Source: Lama guanicoe
Taxonomy: Eukaryota
Length of the DNA: 64,000 bases
Assembly (NCBI GenBank): GCA_013239625.1
Contig: MU054117.1
Location: 2,666,011 to 2,730,010 of the forward strand
Direction: 5' to 3'
Within the stretch, counting starts at the first letter, position 1, and each line of letters starts with the position of its first letter. This document shows positions 36,250-49,029 of the stretch, in pieces. Below the pieces are notes generated by a model. That model saw nothing but the letters and a program-made list of their open reading frames with translations. It searched no databases and had not been told where the DNA came from. Both the position numbers and the translations under genes were made by a program.

Positions 36250-36434
36250 GGACGGTCACCGAAGGGAGGATGGGAGGGACGAGGGCAGCAGGTCTGGGTC
36301 CCAGCGCTGGCTGTGTCCTTGACTGAGCGTGAGACTGGGCCAGACAGGATGGTCACCGGAGGGAGGACGGGAGGGACGAGAGCAGCAGGTGTGGGTCCCA
36401 GCCCCGGCTGTGTCCTTGACCGGGCGTGCCACTG
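36250..36434 (+). repeat. Tandem duplication, two copies, period 97 bp
   Basis: ggtcaccg at 36254 and 36351; about 10 differences over about 84 aligned nt. Confidence 0.88.
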
Positions 36435-38834
36435 AGCTAGACCCTCTGGAAGTTTCAGTTTCTTCATTTGTAAAACGACCGGATGGGAAGCTCTGAGGTC
36501 CCTCCATGTGGGTAACACGTCCCTGTTGGTACCAAAGGATGACCATCCACCAGTACGCCTCCAGCAAGAGGGCCAGAGGCTGATGGCTTCCGACAAGCCA
36601 TTTGGAGACGCCAGGTCAGCGGAAAGGCCAGGGGAAGAGGTGCTGAGGGAGGCCTGACTGGGGCTGGAGCCAAATGACCCCGGTGAGCCGTTCTAACGGC
36701 TATTTGCATGGAGCTGATTCAACAGTATTTGGCTCTTTGCAGAAACTGGGTTGGTTTCTTGTGGAATATTAAGTACATTTTTCAAAACCATAGCCTGTAG
36801 CCAATTAGCCAGAACCCCGAGCAGTGGGTGTCACGGGCCTTCCTGCCAGCGGGGACACAGGCAGGCCGGGAGGGGCGGCCAGGTCACCCAGGCCGTGTAA
36901 TTTTAGGAACTCCCACTTATAGAAAGGAAACACGTGGGGAGGATACGGTCTGAGCGGCCACACACGCGAGGTCCCAAGAGACCTCAGGCTGCGGACCCGA
37001 TGGGAAGCGGGCAGAGTGGGCAAGTCACTGCAGGGCTTCTGAGCAGCCACCTCGGGCCTCCGCCTGGACCACCTCCCTGCCGAGGCCCCAGGCAGACCGG
37101 CTGTGCACCCCGCTCAGGTGGGAGCCTGTTCCCCAGCAGCACAGACAGGCAGGACGCCCTGGTTACCGCGGGGGTCCCGTGACTTAGGCATCTCAGGAAG
37201 GGGCCCCTCAGGTGTTCTTTCTCAGACGACCTGCCCCAGGAGGCGGGCAGAGGCCACGTTCGGTGGGACGACAATGCACAAAGCGAAGGCTTCTACCCTC
37301 AGCCTGGGAGCGAGCAGACGCCCTCCCCCCCAGGCCCTCCCCAGGAATCCCGCATGGTTCTGCGATGCCCTCAAGCCACCCGGCTCCCCTGGCTGGGCGA
37401 GTCTTCCATCGTCGCTGGCTCCCAGCTTGGCCATGTACTCTTTAAGGGGTCCCAGGGACTCCCTGCAGGTCGAGCCCCACGGGCGGCCACCGGAGGGGCG
37501 CGGCCCCAGGGCAGGACCGAGCCTCCGGCGCAGAGGCTGCCGCTCCCGGCAAGGGACCCGCTGCTTTGCTGGTGCTCCCGCAGTCTGCACAGCTCCTGGG
37601 AGGCTGGGAACGTTTTGATTATTAACACAGTCAAGCAGCTAATTAAAATAATAAATTAGAGAACAACACTGCAGGGGAGACGGGGCTGCAGGGACTTCTG
37701 CAGGAAACGGGGCCGGGGTGGGGGAGGTAGAGCATTTCCGAGCCGGCCACGTAGGAAGCCTGGGTCACAGTTTCTTTTTAGGGTCATGAAAGTGTTGGCA
37801 TTTTGGGTTCCTGACCCAGAGCTACATCCAAGGGAATTCAGCGAGACGGTCAGGACCAGCCCTGGGCTGGCAGAACTTCCTGGTGGGGGTGCGGTGGGAG
37901 TCAGGGAGAGGGTGGCGGTGGACAACGAGGGGTCAGGCACGGGCCGAGCGGAGTTTAGATACAGGATGGGGACGTGTCTCGTGATGCTACTTAAGCTTTG
38001 CTTGTGTTGTTCACACTCCGCGTGTCTGGGCTGCCCACACCATCCAAACGCCCTAATCCGCGTTCGCCCCTGGCCCCTGGGGACATTCTGGATTCCAAGG
38101 AAGCATCAGAGCGGTGGGCCCGAGGCTGGGATTATGAGTCAGTGGTCTCTGGAGACAGGAAGAATGCCAGACTTAGAGTCAGAAAACGCAGAAGTGACAC
38201 AGAACCCTGCCGATCACCTCAGCTTACGTCTCGGCATCTACGAAACAGGAGGGAAGATCGTCTCGGATCTTCATTGGTTGTAGATCACTGTGGGGTGCGA
38301 GACGATCTAGGTCCCTCAGAGTGCTGTGGTGGCCGCTGGGGGAGACCTGAGTCCTGCCCACCCTGGGGTGGGGGTGGGGCCGCCCCCACCCCCCTGCTCT
38401 GGGGTTTTCAGACTTTGATGTAGCCATTTCGGGCTGTGAGGCCAACCTGGTGGTCGTAACCTGCACTAAAAATCAGCGAAACAAAATCACCACAGAAAAG
38501 AAGAGAAACATGAGAGAGCATCGCACACAGTAAGGGAAGGCTTAGCTCTGTGAACGGTGCTTCCTGTAAGCGTTTCTTTTGCCTCCCCGTATTTCTGCCC
38601 TGGGTCATGATCCCCAAAGTCTTCAAGCCAGAGCTACGGACAAAGCCGTTAGGGGTGACGGACTCCCCTTAGTGTAACCATAATAGCTACGCAGAACAGC
38701 TTAGCACCAGAGGTGCCAGGAACTGTGCAAAATGTTTTTCTAAATATTAATCTTTAACTCTGATAGGTTTTGACACCCCCATTTAACGTATGACCAAAGT
38801 GAGGGCTCAGCGAGATGGAGTGACCCGCCCAGCG

Positions 38835-39197
38835 TGTTCGCCCGCTCTGGTTGCTGCGGTAAACACACCGCTGGGCGGCGTCAAAAACAGACGTTTGTTT
38901 CCATTTCTCACAGTCTGGAGGCTGGGTGCCCCCCAGTAAGGCGTGGCTGGTTCGGTTTTGGGGAGGACCTTCCTGGCTTGCAGGCGGCTGTCTCCTGTGT
39001 CCTCACACGGCCTTTCCTCTGGGCATGCTTCCAGAGAGCTTGCTCTTCCTCCACTGGTGAACCCAGCAGTCCTGTCGGATCAGGACCCCTCCCGTACGAC
39101 CTCATTTAATCTTAGTTACCTCCTAACCGCCCTGTCTCCAAATACAGTCACACTGGGGGTTAGAGCTTCAACACAGGCATCTTAGTGGGTCATAACG
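38835..39197 (-). mobile_element. MaLR solo LTR (MLT1A-like)
   Basis: tttctcacagtctggaggctggg...gacctcatttaatcttagttacctcc...tctccaaatacagtcacactgggggttagagcttcaaca. Confidence 0.75.
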
Positions 39198-39498
39198 CAG
39201 CCCACCCCTAAGGTTCCATGGCAGATGGACAATGGGGTCTGAATTTGAACCTGAACTTGAGCCCGAGTCTCTCCTACGTGCTCTGATGCCTCACTAGTTA
39301 ATCCAAAGACACTGGGAATGTGCAGGACTCAGTGCTGGAGGCAACGGAGCCTGACGGCCAAGCACACTGGCTTAGGGGTCAGAGAGAGGTGGACTCCAGC
39401 TCTGGGATTTGGGGCAAATGGCTCCCCCTCTGTACCATGGGGCTCTAATAGAGCCGATCACAGTCTCAGGTCACTGGGAGGACTACACAGGGTGATGT

Positions 39499-40435
39499 CA
39501 ACCCAATAAAAAATGGGCAGAAGACCTAAACAGACATTTCTCCAATGAAGACATCCAGATGGCCAATAAGCACATGAACAGATGCTCAACATCGCTGATT
39601 ATCAGCGAAATGCAGACCAAAACTACAATGACTCACTCTGGTCAGAAGGACCATCTTCAAAAAGTCTACAAATAATAAATGCTGGAGAGGATGTGGAGAA
39701 AAAGGAACCCTCCTACACTGTTGCTGGGAATGTAAATTGGTGCAACCACTATGGAGAACAGTATGGAGATTCCTTAAAAAATCAAAAACAGAGTTACCGT
39801 ATGATCCAGCAATCCCATTCCTGGGCACATATCTGGAAAAAACTCTAATTTGAAAAGACACACGCTCCCCGGTGTTCACAGTAGCACTATTTACAGTAGG
39901 CAAGACACGGAAGCAACCTAAGTTTTGACAGATGACTGGATAAAGAAGATGCAGTATATATGTGCAATGGAATACTACTCAGCCATAAAAAAGAATGAAA
40001 TAATGCCATTTGCAACAACATGGATGGACCTAGAGATTATTATACTAAATGAAGTAAGTCAGAGAGAGAAAGACAAATATTATATCATAACACTCGTATG
40101 TGAAATCTAACAAAAAACACAAATAAGCTTATTTATAAGCCAAAAATAGACTCACAGACATAGAAAACAAACTGTGGTTACCAAAGGAAAAAGGAGGGGA
40201 GGAACAGGTTAGGAGTTTGAGATTAGCAGACACACACTACTATATATAAAACGAATAAACAAGGACCTGCTGCACAGCACAGGGAGCTATATTCAGTGTC
40301 TTGTAATAATCTATAGTGGAAAATAATCTGAAAAAGAATATATATACATACGTATAGCTGAATCACTCTGCTGTACACCTGAAACTCACACAACATTATA
40401 AATCAGCTATACGTCCAGAAAAATTCTCTAACAAT
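39499..40435 (+). mobile_element. 5'-truncated L1 (end of ORF2 and 3'UTR) with target-site duplication
   Basis: Degenerate ORF2 C-terminus ([38 protein letters not shown]); TSD acacagggtgatgt 39485-39498 / acacaggatgatgt 40440-40453. Confidence 0.93.
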
Positions 40436-40715
40436 ACACACACAGGATGATGTACGTGGAAGCACAGCCCAGAGGAGGCCGGCAGCAGTCAGTGCCGTGC
40501 TGGCTGGAGCTTTGTCCACAGACGTGTTCCGCGCCCGACAGCAGTGCTTGACGCTCAGTGTGTGCTTCATACACGTCGCGGAACGAGGTTTTCAGTTACT
40601 GTTGACCAGTGAGCCTGGGTGTCAGTGCCAGCTCTGCCCGTCACCACGACAAGACCTTGGGCGTGACTCTTGAGCCGGGTTAGGCGGCTCCCGCCCGTGA
40701 CCTGAGGATGAGGGT

Positions 40716-41105
40716 GCTGTGGCCACCCGGGTGGAGAGCTGTTAGTGTCCTCACCCCCGGGCCCTGTGAACGGGGCCTTATTTGGAAAGAGGATCCTCAC
40801 GGATGTAACCAGTTACGATGAGGCGTTAGGGAGGGTCCTCGTCAATGTGAGCGGGTCCTTTTAAGAAGGAGAAAACGCCACGTAAAGACAGAGACATGCA
40901 GGAAAGACAGCGTGTGGTGACAGAGCTGGGGCCAGAGTGACGCAGCCGCAGGCCGGGGCTGCGGGGTTGGCGCCACCCCAGACACTCGGACGTGGCACGG
41001 AAGGGGCCACCCCGAGTCTCAGCGGGAGCACGGCCCTGCTGACCCTGGACTCCGGTCTTTTGCCTCCAGAGCTGCGAGACCAGACATTTTGGTTGAGATC
41101 CAGGC
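40716..41105 (+). mobile_element. MaLR solo LTR (MLT1B/C-like)
   Basis: tgtgaacggggccttatttggaaagagg...gggagcacggccctgctgaccct...gcctccagagctgcgagac. Confidence 0.72.
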
Positions 41106-41786
41106 ATTTTAATTTTTTTAGTTACATTTTTCAGCATTTTAGAGATGACCTGGCGTGGATACGTAGGATGTTTATGGTCAGGAAAAACACATCTCTTCTT
41201 AAAAAACAAATCCTCCGCTCAGCAAGAAACCTTAAACCCCACTGGATGCACCTCTGAGGACGGACACTCGTCACACCCACTGAGCTCGTCAGCCCGGCTT
41301 CGTTATCTCCATCGACACGGCCTCACTGTTCCAGGAAGCGCTTGCCCAGGAAGGAAAAGTTGCAAATAAAGTTTATTGCTCGTTTCAGGAACTTTCCAAA
41401 AAGCATTTAAGCAAACATCAAGCTGTCCAGCTTTCGAACAGACAGCACCAGATGAGTGTCCAGTGTCCAAGGCTCTTCGAGGCCCCTGCCTTGCTGTGTC
41501 CACCAGCCTCGAAGTGCCGCGCCTGGCCCTGCCCAGGACGCAGCGGAGGCGTCAGTCTTGAACGAAAGACTCTGAAAACGCAGGCCCGGCCCATCTTCCC
41601 TCTGCCTTCAGAAGCTGCCAGCCGCGCGTCCCTGGCCCCGGCAGGCAGGAACCAGCGGGTTGATCTGGTGACATCTCTACTTCTAATATTTCCAACATAC
41701 TGCATTTACTGAATGCCTTCTGTGTGCAGAGACTGAATTAAGCACTTCACATACACCATTTCAGGGCATCTGCTAAACACACTATT

Positions 41787-41972
41787 TTTCAAAAAATTTT
41801 ATTATTTTTTTCCTTGGGCTTTCTTTTTAGCGTGGAGGTAATTAGGTTTATTTATTTATTTAGTTTTTGTTTGTTTGTCTTTTTTACCTATTTATTCAAT
41901 GGAGGTACTGGGGATCGAACCCAGACCTCCTGCATGCCAAGCACACACTCACCACTGGGGTATACCCTCCCC
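41787..41972 (-). mobile_element. tRNA-derived SINE (camelid-type) with 13-bp TSD
   Basis: Minus strand ggggagggtatacccCAGTGG..., B-box-like gggttcgatcccc, aaataaataaacctaattacctcc, A-rich tail; TSD taaacacactatt at 41774-41786 and 41975-41987. Confidence 0.88.
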
Positions 41973-41983
41973 GATAAACACAC

Positions 41984-42200
41984 TATTAAAAGATAAACTG
42001 AGGCACAGTAAAAATCTCACATTGATTTGCGCAAAACTCAATGGGAGTCAGGCAGCATCCAATCCAGCAGATGACAAAGGCCTCTGAGAGTCGTACCAAA
42101 TGCAAGACTTTCACGGGCAGAGGGGAGCGCGAACAAGGAAGTGGCATTAGGCAGAAAAGCGGGCTGGTCATTGCAGAGTTACTTTCCTCCAGCTGGGGAC
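41984..42200. mobile_element. Probable ERV LTR fragment
   Basis: ttaaaagataaactgaggcac...gcagcatccaatccagcagat...aacaaggaagt resembles a recalled laurasiatherian LTR; family not assigned. Confidence 0.45.
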
Positions 42201-42922
42201 ACAGGCTCGCCAGGTGAGTGCGCTGCCTGTGGTCCCGTGACGGGTAACCAGCTGGGCCGGTCCGGCGACCCCAGCACCTGCACTCGGCACTCGGCACTCA
42301 GCACTCGGCGGCCTCTCCAAACTCAGTGAGGACGGGAGACAAGACACACACATTCCAGCTTCTGCCTGTTTTGGGGGAGCTGAGGGTATCCTGCTCCCAG
42401 TTACCCTGACAATTGCCTCAAGGGGACAGACTCCTCTCCTCCTGGGCGACCTGGACGGGCAGTCTCCTGAGGGGACTCGCTACAGAGACCTTTCTCGAAG
42501 CACAGAGGCAGCCCGGGTGCCCCCAGGACTTGCGTTTCTCTGCCTCAAGCCTGGAGAATGTGAACCATGGGAGGCAAATGGGCTTCAGAGGAAACCAACA
42601 GTTATTTCCGGCCGTCACATGTCCCACCAGGCGTTGGAGCCGCAAGTCAGCAGGGGAGGGCAAGCCGGACTCTGCGTACCGGGCGGACATGGAGCTGGAG
42701 GACGCCGCGCGGTACCAGGGGCTCCATGCCAGCCTGCCTCGTCCTTCGTTCCCCCTCAGGAGCAACTGTACACATTAGCTTTAAAGTGGGCAGAATTTGC
42801 CGCTGGGTGGTCTTTGATTTGGAAAAAACCCACCCCAGAGCAGTGACTCACAGAAAACAAGGATGGCTTGACGCATGAGGTGCCAGCAGAGGGGGTGGGA
42901 GGCGCCCTACAAGCTCACTTAC

Positions 42923-43006
42923 CCAGAAGAAGAAGTTAAAGACAAAGAGTAAGTACTTCAGGTAGACGGTCAGCCAGTCGTCCGGCTCGGCCTTGCACTG
43001 GGCCAT
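42923..43006 (-). CDS. TSPAN11: Tetraspanin-11 first coding exon (exon starts at 43017, with 11 nt of 5'UTR)
   Basis: Minus strand ctgcag|gcccaGCCACCATGG (strong Kozak)...TGG|gtaagt; 84 coding nt; MAQCKAEPDDWLTVYLKYLLFVFNFFFW. Confidence 0.95.
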
Positions 43007-45079
43007 GGTGGCTGGGCCTGCAGGGAAGACACACGTGTGGTCAGGGGTCGGCGGAGGTGGCCCGCCTGCCCGCGCCAGGCTCCTCGGTCAGGTGCCCTCC
43101 AGGGGCCTCACCTGCCTGTCTGGGCTCTGAGGCTGTGGGCATGCAGCCTGGAGCAGAGAGCAGGGAAATGCCAAGGCCACTAGACGCACGCCGGAGCTGG
43201 CCTGGGCCGAACTTTCTAGACCTGTGGATCGTGGTTTGGCCCTTTTGACGCAGGTCTAACCTGCAAGTCTCCCTACCGACCTCGTGTTGTCCTGTCGTGT
43301 CCTCATTCTCTCCGTCTCATCGGGGCTGCAGGGCGCAAGCTCACGGGTCCTGCTCACACTCACAGTCACACACACACACACACACACACGCTCGGAGGAA
43401 CTGCCCTGCAGTGGAATCAACTGAACAGGACCTCCGCGCCCAGCGGAGGCAAGAGCCCAAACCAGAGCATCCACGCTGGAAAGGACCCGACGACCCCCCA
43501 GGCCACCCTACCCGTCCCGGGCACCTCAGCTTTCCAAGGGAGGACGCGGGTCGGCAGGCCGAGTGGTTTGGCAGAGGAAGACAAGCGCTCTGGGGTCTGG
43601 CCCCCGGGGTCACACCCTGATCCGTCTCAGGGCCCGTGGGAACCTGGGTGAGTTATGTGACCACCCCTCCTCGGTGTCCTCACCTGTGCCGGGGAGAATG
43701 ATGACGCCCACGTGGGGGGTTGCTCTGAAGATTACATGGGATGATGTGCGCGAGGCGCGGCCCACGGCCCCTGGCACGGGGCAGGGGCGCAACACCGCTG
43801 ACTACCATTATTACATGTGGCGAGGATTAGAACCCAGACCTCCAGCCCTAAAACTTTCAGGCTTTGCCCAGAACCCGGTTCGCTCTCCTCGTCCTGACCC
43901 CCACTGGCGGGCTCTCTGGGAACTGCGCCTCAGCGGGATGAGGTGAAGGCTCACAGTGCCGGGGATCCTGCCTGCGTCTCAGTAAATCCCGATGCAGCCT
44001 CTGTGGTCTCTTCTTTCCCGGGCCTCCTCGGCCCCGGGCACCTGCTCACACGCTCTGACACTCATGTGCAGCTGCTCGTGAAGGAATCGGCCCCTTAGGG
44101 GGACCCCTTTTATTCCAGAGCCAGAGCAATGGGCGACCTTGGTTTGGCCCCCCTCCAGCTCCTCCCCACCCCCGACACCCCCCACCGCCCGGCCCCTGCC
44201 CCCACGGCTGGTGCCTTCGCCCAGATGACTCCCTCCTGAGCCACGCTCTGCCTTTTATTTCCAGCTCAGGGGCTCCGAGACAGGGAGAGAGAAAGAGAGA
44301 AAAGAGGAGGTGGCTGTCTTCCTTGGGATTTCTATTTGTAGACCTCAAAGAAGGTAATTTAAGACTTTTAGTCTCCTTGTTAAAAAAAGACAAAACCCAT
44401 TTTTCTCTGATTTAGTCTGAGAGGTAGGGTGGGGGAAAAGCACAGAAAGGAGAAAAAAGGAAGCCTATGAAAAAGAGTAAAAAACGGTGATACATGAGGT
44501 TGGCCAGGCGACGAGCTGGGAGCTCTCACAGGGTCACCGTGCAGGAGGCCCTGACAAGGGACCCTCTGGGCCACCAGGGCCACTGGCAGGTAGACCGCGG
44601 GCTGGAGCCCAGCCTCTCCTGTCTGCATCCTCCTCTCCCTCTGCCTGGCCGTCCCCTCCCAACCGGGGCCCCCTGGACTCAGGCACCAGAACCTTCTCTA
44701 GACCTGCAAACCAAGGAGTCAGGACCCTCTGGAGGAAACTATTTTTGAAAGAGTTCAGGCAGGTGACAGGATTTAACAAAAAGAAACACATTTCTAGTGG
44801 TAAAGTTGCAGCCATCAGTGGCAGAGAAGGCAGACCACGGGGTTCTGTGGAGTGTCAGGGTCAGCACAAACCTCTGGGCTCAAGTTCATTCAACCTTTTG
44901 CAGGAGAAAGGAGGAAATTAACACACGTCTGAGTGAAGACGTACATTTTGAAATGACTTCTCTCAAGTCACATGACTAACTGGCGGTAGCAGTTTCCCAT
45001 CCAGCCTGCTCAGGGCTCCTTACGTGGAGCCCTGCCAGCCGTGGGGCCCTATGTGAGGGGGGACAGAGGCCCGAAAGAA

Positions 45080-45400
45080 GTGTCAGAACCAGCTGAGAGC
45101 CAGGTGCCTGGACGTGAAACCCAGCCTTGTCACTTTCTGGCTTTGTGACCTTAGGCAAGCTATTTAACCTCTCTGTGCAGCTAATGCACACTGAGCGTTT
45201 ATTATGTGCCAAGCACAGGACTAAATGCTTTACATGTGTAATCTTGTTCCATGTTCCCAACAGCCCTATGAAGTAAGGTTGTTCCCATTTGACAAGATAA
45301 GGAAACTGAGGCTTTGACAGGTTAACCTGTCCATGTCACAAAGCAAGGAAGTGCAAAGCCAGAACAGGGTGAGCTGCTTCTGACTCGGCCCCAGCTCTTA
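45080..45400. mobile_element. Two adjacent MIR fragments in opposite orientation
   Basis: tgtgaccttaggcaagctatttaacctctctgtgc, then ttattatgtgccaagcac...cccattttgacaagataaggaaactgaggct. Confidence 0.7.
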
Positions 45401-45454
45401 CCCACCAGGACCAGAGCTGCCAGGGGGAGGAGGGAGGGGAGGACGGAGACTGCT

Positions 45455-46225
45455 GGCTTCGCTAATACCGGTTCTCCCCGCTGCCTCAGGACCGGAACCC
45501 TGCACTGTGGTTGGGCACGTGGCCACCCGCAGGCGACACTTCCCAGCCTCCTTCCCGCCTGGTGCAGCCCGGACTTACTGCTGTCAAATGGTACGTAAGC
45601 GGAAGGCGTGTATGTAACTTCTTAAGGTACCATTTTTGGGGTGTATGCTTTGCGTGTGTTTGAGAAGCTCTATGTGTCCATTAGGTCACACGTGCTAACA
45701 TCTATGTCCCTACTGATTCTGTGCCTGCTTGTTCTACTGTCTATTGAAAGAGGCATATCAGACCCCCACTAAGACGGCGGATTTGTGTATCCATCCTTTA
45801 ACTCTGCTCACTTTGCTTCATATATTTTGCAGCTACTTTATGGAGTGCATATCGATTTGGAGTTGTGATATCCTGGTGGATCGATGTCTCCATCATTAAT
45901 AAATGTCATTCTTTATCTCTAATAATCGGAAATATCCTTAAAGTGAGGAAAGGCACGGCTCTCTTCACCCTCTCCTTCATCTAGTTGGTTGGAATGCTGA
46001 TGTAATGTCTGGAGCTCAAGCAGCCAGTTTTAGCCATGAGCTGCAAACCATGGGTTGAAAAGGGCAGAGCAATCCACTCGAAGAGCCTGGATCTCAGATG
46101 ATTTTGGAGCTGCCATACCATCCTTGGGATACTCACGTCTGGAATTAGTTTATATGAGGGAACAGCAAACTTCTTTCAGGTACATGTTTGAATATTCTAT
46201 TACCCATAGCTAACTTCACCCTGGT
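45455..46225. mobile_element. Old MLT1-type LTR interrupted by an L1 fragment (~45625-45925)
   Basis: acacttcccagcctcc... and tggaatgctgatgtaatgtctggagct...cagcca flank an AT-rich minus-strand L1 ORF2 segment. Confidence 0.55.
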
Positions 46226-49029
46226 ATGGAGGCAGTGGTGGGTACAAAGGTGTGTGAGAGCATGGTGAGCAGGGGCACCGCAGATCGGGCAGCGAGACGG
46301 GACAGTGATGCTGGGCAGTGGCCACTGAGCTCTGCTAACCACAGGCTCCATCACTAAAATGTTCTGAGCACACTCTGTACGTACGTATGTTTACTTATAA
46401 ATTCTAGTCATGTGCTATAGTCAATATATATAGTAAATGTCATCAATGCTTAATTTTGCTTTTTTTTTAAAACACCACCTACCCCTTCAGTTCAGTAAGC
46501 ACCACTTCCCACCGCTGGGTTCTTGGCGAACAAGAGGCCATGCCTGCGTGATGGTCAAAAATAGTTGGAGAGGAACAAGAAGTTTAAGTGGTTTAATGTG
46601 TAACTGAATTTAGGCTTCAAATGAAACCTGGCTGCCAAGCCTGCACGTGTGGTCCTTCTCGGTCCTCTCCGCCCTCTTTATTTATTTTCCACGTGCCCTG
46701 CCTATTCCCCGTGGGCGGACAGTCCCTCTGCAGTCAGAAAAGGGAGGTTCCCTCAGGCCTCTGAACGGGACGGCTGGTAGGAGCCGGCACATCCCTGGCT
46801 CAGCCCCTTGGAGAACTGAGGAAGCAGAGCCCCAGGGGTGGGGTGGGGATCACACTGTGGCCGAAGTCACACTACAGATTAGTGGCAGGACAGGGAGCTG
46901 GCTTCCTGTCTCCATGGCTACTGACAGGACTTTGACTGGCTGATCATCACCATTCACTACATGCACTGAACTGACTGCTGCGTGTGCATGCGTTAACGTC
47001 ATGTTGAAAACAGCCCTCCGAGAGGATTACTACCCCTTTGGCAGGAGAGGAAACTGAAGCGCAGACCCAGGAAGTGGAGAGAGAGCTGAAGAGGGGAAGT
47101 GGACGTTTACTTTTCTCTGGGCAGTTCTGGTTTTGGCCTCTTGTAACTTCTCCCAGCTCGGTGGCCTCTGGGTTGAAGCTAAGAATGAATGGCTCTCCCC
47201 TGGGCAGAGACCCCAGGTGAGGGCTGCGAGGGTTGGCAGGGCCAGTGGTCCCTGATCCTGGCAGGATTCTGGGCTGGGTGTGCCGTGGGGGCTGTCACCG
47301 CCAGGACAGCAAATGCTTGGGGACCCGCTGGGGGCAACACGCTCTTCTCCCGGGTCCTCCATCTCGCTGACGCTGTGCTGGCCTGGGGCCTCTGCGTCAC
47401 CGCCGGCTTGTTCTTGACATCATGGCTGTGGTTGTGTGCAGGTAAACGGATGTAGGCAACTCTTCTGCACCAAACTTAGTTCGATTGTTACCTATGGTGT
47501 CACGTGGATGGTGCTGGAGGTGGAACTTGAATTAAAATCCTAGCGCTAAGAACGCTCAGTCTCTATGGCTGGAGACACGTGTTTTCTTAAGTTCGGGACT
47601 GTTTTTCCCTTCTTTGCAAGTGCCGACACGTGTCCAGTGGATGAGTCGGGGCTGTGCTCACAACCCGAGGCAGGTGGTTCGGTCGCACACGGGTCTCTGG
47701 AGGTGCTGCCTGCAGGCGAGTGTCGCTCTTCTCTGTTTTTTCTGGGTCCTTTTAAAGCCATCTCAGTCTGACCCATGAAGTGGGGACTTGCCTACTGCTC
47801 GCGGCAAGAATCACTGAAGAAACAAAAGCAGTGCTGGTGGCAGGTTAGAAGATCGCGGTGTGAACACCCGCTGCCACCGACAGCAGCGCGACCCGGGCCA
47901 GCCACGTGGCCGCCTGAGCCTAGCTTCCTCCCCCGTGGAGTGGAGCTGATGCCGGCCCAGCGTGGTCTCCCCCGTGGGGTGGGTGTGAGGACCAAACGGG
48001 ACGACGAATTCGCTAGAACTATGTGTTCTGTGATTTTACAGCCTCAGTGCCCTGCCAGGGTGAAGGCATTACCACACCCAACTCCCTAAGAGGTCCCTGA
48101 AGGCAGGACAAGGTGTGGGTAGCCCTGCAGAGTACGTCAGCCAGAGGGCAGGGTCTGAAAGCTGGGGGTGCAGGCTCATGGCCTCTGAGCCCAAGCCCAC
48201 CCGCCCACTAGCAGACTCCACCTCGACGGCCGTGACAGGAGGCCCCATCCCCAGGTGGCCGGGAAGAACCCACCCGCAGAAGATCAAGACCTTCCTTTAA
48301 CAAAGTGGATTGCTTCAGACGGGACAGTCATTTTAAAAGGCGGGGGATTCAAATATCAATAACATTTAACTACGGCTAATACTGTGATCAGCCTCAAAAT
48401 CATAAGTACCTATCAGCTAACCAGCGGTGGAAGGAGGCAGGAGAAGAGTGACAGAGGATCACAGGACGTCAGTTTGACACTACACGTCAGAAGGGCTTCA
48501 CGGGGTCTTTACTGAGGTCATCCCAGACATGGTGCAGCTGACACAGGAAAGAGTCCCCTTAGGTTTCTATTCACCCCATTTAGGTATGAATCTGTAAAAC
48601 ACATATTCAGACATTACTTTTCCCAGTCTTCTCTTCCTTTTCATCACTCATCAGCATCTCCCTTTCTAAACTCTGTTTCACCCCAATGTGTCCCTAAATT
48701 GCAATCTGTGCGTCGCCTCCTGCTGGGTGGGTTATCTGAAAGGCTTCCAAACCCTCTTACGCTGATCATCTGAAATTCTCCAGCGCGGAAGGACGTTTTG
48801 CTTGAAAGCGCAGCAAAACCTTCTTAGAAAAACTTTTTTTTTAACAGTTTCTCCAAAAAGATATAGTTGAATGTTGTCACTCATTTGTGTTTTACAGTGA
48901 ACTTGTTATATCAGATGCTTTCCTATTTTTCCAAACTTTTAGAATTCAAGTTTAATAAACATACAGCGAAGTGCAGAGATGCTAAGTAAGCCTACGAGAG
49001 CCTAACGATGACTGGTTTTTGAAGAGAGC

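Noticed and set aside
39582..40110. ORFs with real-protein-like composition
   Set aside because: Frameshifted remnants of L1 ORF2, not a host gene.
41900..41972. tRNA gene
   Set aside because: The tRNA-like A/B boxes belong to a SINE head with A-rich tail and TSD; no intact cloverleaf is evident.
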